This document shows, one piece after another, positions 26,173 to 32,590 of a DNA stretch of 32,590 nt. The position numbers and the translations under genes are program-made. The notes under the pieces are model-generated. The model saw only the letters and a program-made list of their open reading frames with translations, was not told where the DNA came from and did no database searches. Source of the stretch: a virus (Duplodnaviria > Caudoviricetes); the IMG/VR virus record IMGVR_UViG_3300010354_000326, positions 1-32,590 of that record, one strand, 5' to 3'. The stretch's first letter is position 1. Each line of letters begins with the position of its first letter.

Positions 26173-27267
26173 TCACGCCGCCTGTTTGTTTCTGCCCCTG
26201 ATGGCATCTTCAATGAGGACCAGATTCGACCAAAGCCGCTGATCCTCCGGCGTCTTTTCAATAGCCAGTTCAGCTTGCTCTTTGGCTTTATCCAGCAGCC
26301 CCAGATAATAAGCTGAAATTGCCGCTAAGTCATGTGGCTGATGACCCCAAACTGCCGGGTCACAGGTATAGACGGCAGCCCGGTCTGTAATTTTCAAGGC
26401 TCTGGTCGCAAAGGCAAAACATTCTTCCCAGCGATGCTGCCGATACATAAGCATGGCAAGCTCACACCACGGCTCACGGGTGTTGGGAGCCTCGCCAGCG
26501 GCCATATGGAATGCCTTCTCAGCCTGCCGAGTATTGCCAAGTTCTGAGTAGCACCGGCCCATGACGCGGTAGGCATAGCACCGTTCGTTCTCCCAAGTGG
26601 CTCCGGGCAGGGCTAGATACCGATTGCAGGCGTCGATGCTCTCCTGCCACCGAGCGTGAAACGACAGCTCACGGGCAAAGTAGAAAGCATTGCGCGGGCA
26701 ATCCGGGTCTTCTTTCACAGACAGCTCAAGAAGGTCCATGTACTGCCCACGGCTCTTGGTCGGGTCAGGCTTATGGACGGCTAACAGCATTTCTGTCTGG
26801 GCGTAACTTTCGACGATACGCCCATCTGGCCGGGGATACTCATGGCATGGGTGATGCCACATATAGCCATGGCGGGCATGAATCTTTTCATAATAGAACT
26901 GAATGCCGCAGCCCCAATCAAACATGTAGCGTAGCCGGGTGGTCTTGCCCTTCGTCCATACACGCTCAATCTCTTCTCGCCATCCGGGCTGAAGCAGCTC
27001 ATCAATGTCCAAGCTCACGCAGACATCAAAGTCACGCGGGATGAGGGCTAAAGCGGCATTACGAGCCAGATCAAACCGCCATGGAGTGATGCAGATATGA
27101 TGAACGGTAGCACCATGTTTGACAGCTTCTTCAGGCAGGCCATCGTCGGACCCCGTGTCAGCAATAAGGATCAGGTCTGCATCCTTGGCGGATTCACAGA
27201 ACCGCTGAACAAAGTGTGCCTCATTTTTACTGATTGCGTAAACGCAAATCTTTAGCCGTTCACTCAT
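26173..27267 (-). CDS. GT2 glycosyltransferase with TPR repeats
   Basis: ICVYAISKNE, DTGSDDG, WRFDLARN, SLDIDE, W..P.HE, then a TPR-like helical C-terminus. Confidence 0.9.
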   Translation of the reverse strand: MSERLKICVYAISKNEAHFVQRFCESAKDADLILIADTGSDDGLPEEAVKHGATVHHICITPWRFDLARNAALALIPRDFDVCVSLDIDELLQPGWREEIERVWTKGKTTRLRYMFDWGCGIQFYYEKIHARHGYMWHHPCHEYPRPDGRIVESYAQTEMLLAVHKPDPTKSRGQYMDLLELSVKEDPDCPRNAFYFARELSFHARWQESIDACNRYLALPGATWENERCYAYRVMGRCYSELGNTRQAEKAFHMAAGEAPNTREPWCELAMLMYRQHRWEECFAFATRALKITDRAAVYTCDPAVWGHQPHDLAAISAYYLGLLDKAKEQAELAIEKTPEDQRLWSNLVLIEDAIRGRNKQAA

Positions 27268-27276
27268 GGTTCCCCC

Positions 27277-28221
27277 TTAGAAGCCTTGTAGCTTCTGAAC
27301 AGTCGCATCAGATGCCGACATGATTTGCCGGATGATCTGATGACATTCTTCCCAATCTATTGGCGATACTTGAACGCCAAATTTAGCAACTTCAGCTCTG
27401 TATTCAGCATCGCCAAAGACCGACCAGAATGCAGTTCTTAGCTCTGCAAGTCTCTTAGGATCAGTACCGGGAGGTGCCACAAAAGGACGAGCCAAGATCG
27501 TGTAAGCTTCAAATAGCCGCAAAACAGATAGGTCTGCGTTTTGATCGGCCAGCTCCTCAAGCGTTGGCACATCCGGCATAGACGAGTGACGATTGCGACC
27601 GTTGCCAAACTGAAGGATGGGCCTAACATTAGGGTCCTTCAGCCAATCAGGTGCCGCAAACCGAATGCCATCCAAGCTGCGGACTACTGCCGTAACCTCG
27701 CCACGATCAAACGCCAGCTTCACATCTGGTGCGTCCTTGTAGCCTGTCACTTCGTCAAATTCCCATCCTGTCAGGCGTTTTATGATGCGGAACTGATTGA
27801 TTTCCACGCTGGCATCAGAGCCACCAATGAGCTTCTGACGATCCTGCCGCACCATCATTACAAATGGTTCACGCCGACCATCAAGCGCCGAGCCAAGCCA
27901 TTCAAGCTTGCTGATGTCGTATTTGGCATCCTTGCTTTTGAATAAACCAGACAGTATGGCACGGGAATGAGCCGTTGAGATTTCTGACCCATCCTTCTTT
28001 GCTACGTTGGCTATGTAGTTAAGAGCAACCGCGCCAGACGCACCCGGCATGGGCTGAAGTATGATCTTCGTATCAGGCAGATACTTGCCAAGATGCTTGG
28101 CTAGTATGTTGGCATGAATGTAATGCCCACCCGTTGCCGTGTGGACTATAATTTTGAGTTCTGTCGCTGACGCTGCGCCAATCATGGCAAACAGCGCCAC
28201 CCCCCATGCGACAAGTCTCAT
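27277..28221 (-). CDS. TctC/Bug-family tripartite tricarboxylate transporter substrate-binding protein
   Basis: Signal peptide MRLVAWGVALFAMIGAASA; GG......LA.HL.K, MPGASG..A.NY, DG, GY.......A.DRGEV, PDVPTL.E, APPGT...L..LR.AF. Confidence 0.8.
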   Translation of the reverse strand: MRLVAWGVALFAMIGAASATELKIIVHTATGGHYIHANILAKHLGKYLPDTKIILQPMPGASGAVALNYIANVAKKDGSEISTAHSRAILSGLFKSKDAKYDISKLEWLGSALDGRREPFVMMVRQDRQKLIGGSDASVEINQFRIIKRLTGWEFDEVTGYKDAPDVKLAFDRGEVTAVVRSLDGIRFAAPDWLKDPNVRPILQFGNGRNRHSSMPDVPTLEELADQNADLSVLRLFEAYTILARPFVAPPGTDPKRLAELRTAFWSVFGDAEYRAEVAKFGVQVSPIDWEECHQIIRQIMSASDATVQKLQGF

Positions 28222-28223
28222 AG

Positions 28224-29048
28224 TTACTCCGGTACTTTGTAGGATGTTGCCCAAGTTGGCATCGGCCAATCCTGATCTGTTTCAGGAACATAATCAGGGA
28301 TTTCTTCGGCAATCCAAACCTTTTGACTGCGCCACATACCATTTGGCAGTTCATTCTTTGACACAGTGTAGGCAAAGAATTGCTCTGGGGTCATGCCAGA
28401 AGCCAATTTATCCTTGGCAAGCTGGTGCATACGACACTTGTAGCATAGGCCGCAGGGTTCTTGAAATGCGGCGGACTCGCAAGAAAGGTTGATGTCAACC
28501 AACTCTTGCGGCAGCTCTGCATAAGCATTTGCGATGGTGTAGTTCATGTCCTGCAATGGCAGGGCATATTCTCCACGGGTAGCGTATTTCTTAAACGCAT
28601 CCATAGAAAGAGATGAAGCCGTTGCTGGCTGCTGCGTGGTATGCGCTTTTGCGCTAAAGCCATCATTATCGCGGCAGTGACCAGAAACAAACCGATCAGC
28701 CAAGCCAGCATTGATGCGATCAACTGCCCACTTGACCCGCAAAACAGCAGCGTGATTGCTGCCTGTATCTGACCGAACAATCTTTGACATGTCATACGGC
28801 ACAACAGCCATATCAAACGGTCGTGTTTTTGACTGAATAGTAGCAGCCAAACTTTGCATTTTAAGAGCAAGAGCTTCAGACAATCCATAATTTGTGAACG
28901 CTTGTAGCTTATGTTTGGCTTTAATTGCCTCAACAATTGGCGGAGTTATAAAATAAACCGCAGTTATCTCATTTGGAGTTTCAATCAGCTCCTTCCACAG
29001 CATATAGATGCTGTCCAAGCCGCCGGAAAAAGCAACAATAGATTTCAT
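28224..29048 (-). CDS. PP-loop ATPase, QueC-like
   Basis: IVAFSGGLDS PP-loop plus C-terminal SC......CG.C.KC zinc site. Confidence 0.7.
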   Translation of the reverse strand: MKSIVAFSGGLDSIYMLWKELIETPNEITAVYFITPPIVEAIKAKHKLQAFTNYGLSEALALKMQSLAATIQSKTRPFDMAVVPYDMSKIVRSDTGSNHAAVLRVKWAVDRINAGLADRFVSGHCRDNDGFSAKAHTTQQPATASSLSMDAFKKYATRGEYALPLQDMNYTIANAYAELPQELVDINLSCESAAFQEPCGLCYKCRMHQLAKDKLASGMTPEQFFAYTVSKNELPNGMWRSQKVWIAEEIPDYVPETDQDWPMPTWATSYKVPE

Positions 29049-29054
29049 TGTCGA

Positions 29055-29369
29055 TTACTCCACAGGAGGTTCTGGCGGGGGGTCCCACTCATGGGTCACG
29101 GGGTTGTAAATCCAATTTGGAGCTGGTGGAGGATAAGCAAATACATCATATTCAGGCAAATAAACGCCACCTACAGGGGCATAAATATATCTGAAGTTTC
29201 CATGATAACTTGTTTGAAGCCAAATAGTATTTGGCCCATAAAGCTGATGACAATATGAAATACCTACAGGCTCACTCTCTGGGAATGGCAAATCGTCAAT
29301 GGTCTGATTGTTGATGACAATCACGGCCAAGATATTGTTGTTTTCATCAAGTTGAGCAAAGTGTGCCAT
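29055..29369 (-). CDS. Tail-fibre-associated small protein (MAHFA family)
   Basis: MAHFAQLDENN....VIV, W.QTSY...FR..YA..G..Y...D.F..P.P...W......W.PP; commonly follows Gly-rich fibre genes. Confidence 0.75.
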   Translation of the reverse strand: MAHFAQLDENNNILAVIVINNQTIDDLPFPESEPVGISYCHQLYGPNTIWLQTSYHGNFRYIYAPVGGVYLPEYDVFAYPPPAPNWIYNPVTHEWDPPPEPPVE

Positions 29370-29377
29370 GTCTCACC

Positions 29378-31059
29378 TTAGTTGAACTTGATGGTGCCAC
29401 TACCAGTAAACTTATAAACGTGTTTACCGCCAGTGTCCGTGTATGTAGGCGATCCAGTGGTAGTCGCCAAGGGATTGCTATTGGCATAGCTGAAAATAAC
29501 AACACCAGAACCACCGGGAGACGCAGCCGGATTTGAGCCAGAACCACCACCACCACCCCCACCAGTGTTTACGCCGCCTGCCGTTGAATTAGCCAGATTT
29601 GATCCAGCCGCATTACCGCCACCACCAGTACCACCTGTGCCGCCGACAGTAAGATTGTTACCACTTGCGCCGATACTTCCGCCGCCTCCGGCATAGGTAA
29701 CAGATGATCCCGAAATTGATGAAGCTGTGCCATTGCCACCATTGCCACCAGCATTAGCAGAATTAGTAGAAGCACCAACAGCGCCAGCACCGCCGCCACC
29801 GCCGCCCGCAAAAGCAATAACATTTTTGCTGGAATTGTTATATCCAGAACCGCCCGCACTTCCTTGTCCATCAATACCGGGATACCTATAAACATTAGAA
29901 TTGCCAGACACATTACCGGGACCTGACCCGCCATATCTGGGTTTTTCAGCAGCAGCTAATGCGCCTCCTCCAACGGAAAAAATGTTGATGCCAAAACTGT
30001 CAGACCCTTGTGCCTCAACAGCACCGCCAGCGCCAACAGTAACAATATAAGTAGCCCCGATTACTGCGTTTACTGTTGATGTCCTAAACCCACCAGCGCC
30101 GCCACCGCAGATATTTGCGCCGCCACCACCAGCAACAACAAGTTGATCAACGGATACAGTAGATGTTTGGGGAAAGGTTGTCAGGATTCCGCCTGATGTA
30201 AATGTATGGATCGTATTGCCGCCAGATGATGTGACAGTTCCGCCATATAGAACTTGGCTACCGGCATAACTGACAACCACAATACCAGCAGAACCATTAC
30301 CACCATCACCATAAGCAGTATTTGGGCCTCTGGTTGCACCACCACCGCCGCCAGAACCATATCCGGTAGCATCTGATCCTTTGATGTTTGCGTCGGTGTT
30401 ACCCCAACCACCAGCGCCACCTCCACCACTGCCACCTCCGGATGCGGACGGAGCTGTTTGATTATACTGACCAACACCAGCTCCACCACCGCCAGCATAA
30501 GTTACAGATGACCCCGAAATTGATGAAGCAGTTCCATTGCCGCCTGATTGAACAATCGTGTTTGTTGTTACTGCTGAACCGCCAGCACTAGCTCCCCCAC
30601 CGCCGCCGCCAGAAAAATATAAGTTGGTAGTATATCCACCACCCCCAGAAGTTCCTTGACCAGTCGTGCCTGCTCCAGCATTCCCAGAATTGACATTTGC
30701 ACCACCGCCAGAGCCGCCACCTGATGCAGCTCTTTTACCACTACCAGCTCCACCAATACCCCCGCCAATAGACTGAATGGTTCCAAGCCAAGAATCGCCT
30801 CCGGGGCTTCCTTTTGGGTTTGTCTCAGTATTTGTGGAGTTCATTCCACGGCCAAGGTAGCCAACATAAACAGCAACAGTATCGTTGTTGTTGAATGTAT
30901 AATTACCTGTGCGATAACCGCCTGCGCCGCCACCACCGCAACCACCACCACCAATTTTAGCAGAACCGCCACCACCGCCGCCAGCCACAACAAGATAGCT
31001 TGCAGTAAGCGGGAACGCGCTAAAGCCCGGACCACCAAGAAGCATGTTGTAGATAGACA

Positions 31060-31060
<1 letters not shown>
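29378..31060 (-). CDS. Glycine-rich tail fibre / adhesin with two tandem Gly-rich domains
   Basis: Two copies of LVVAGGGG...GGGAGG.R...G.GTASSISGSSVTYAGGGG...G.G.V...Y...GG.....FT..G. Confidence 0.85.

Positions 31061-32590
<1,530 letters not shown>

Overview
A 32.6 kb fragment of a tailed dsDNA phage, probably podovirus-like with P22-type gp4/gp10/ejection proteins. The host is probably an alphaproteobacterium (a GcrA homologue is present). The window has three blocks. (1) A leftward operon at 1-2876: a Cro/YdaS-like regulator, RusA, a winged-helix protein, a stand-alone RAMP/Cas7-like protein, a conserved accessory gene, and then a non-coding array of at least 12 non-identical units, each GGCA + (GGY-NN)8-11 on the minus strand. 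(2) A rightward block at 2975-11109: ERF, YqaJ exonuclease, an SSB-like protein, HNH, DUF6378-like, GcrA, a 2OG-Fe(II) oxygenase and two glycosyltransferases. (3) A leftward virion and lysis block at 11095-32590: ejection proteins, tail hub, adaptor, GH108 endolysin, holin, GT2-TPR, a TctC-like binding protein, a QueC-like PP-loop protein, and glycine-rich and collagen-like fibres. The stand-out signal is the Cas7-like gene plus the pentamer-coded array, a candidate non-CRISPR RNA-guided system. All protein calls come from motif recognition by eye; no searches were run.
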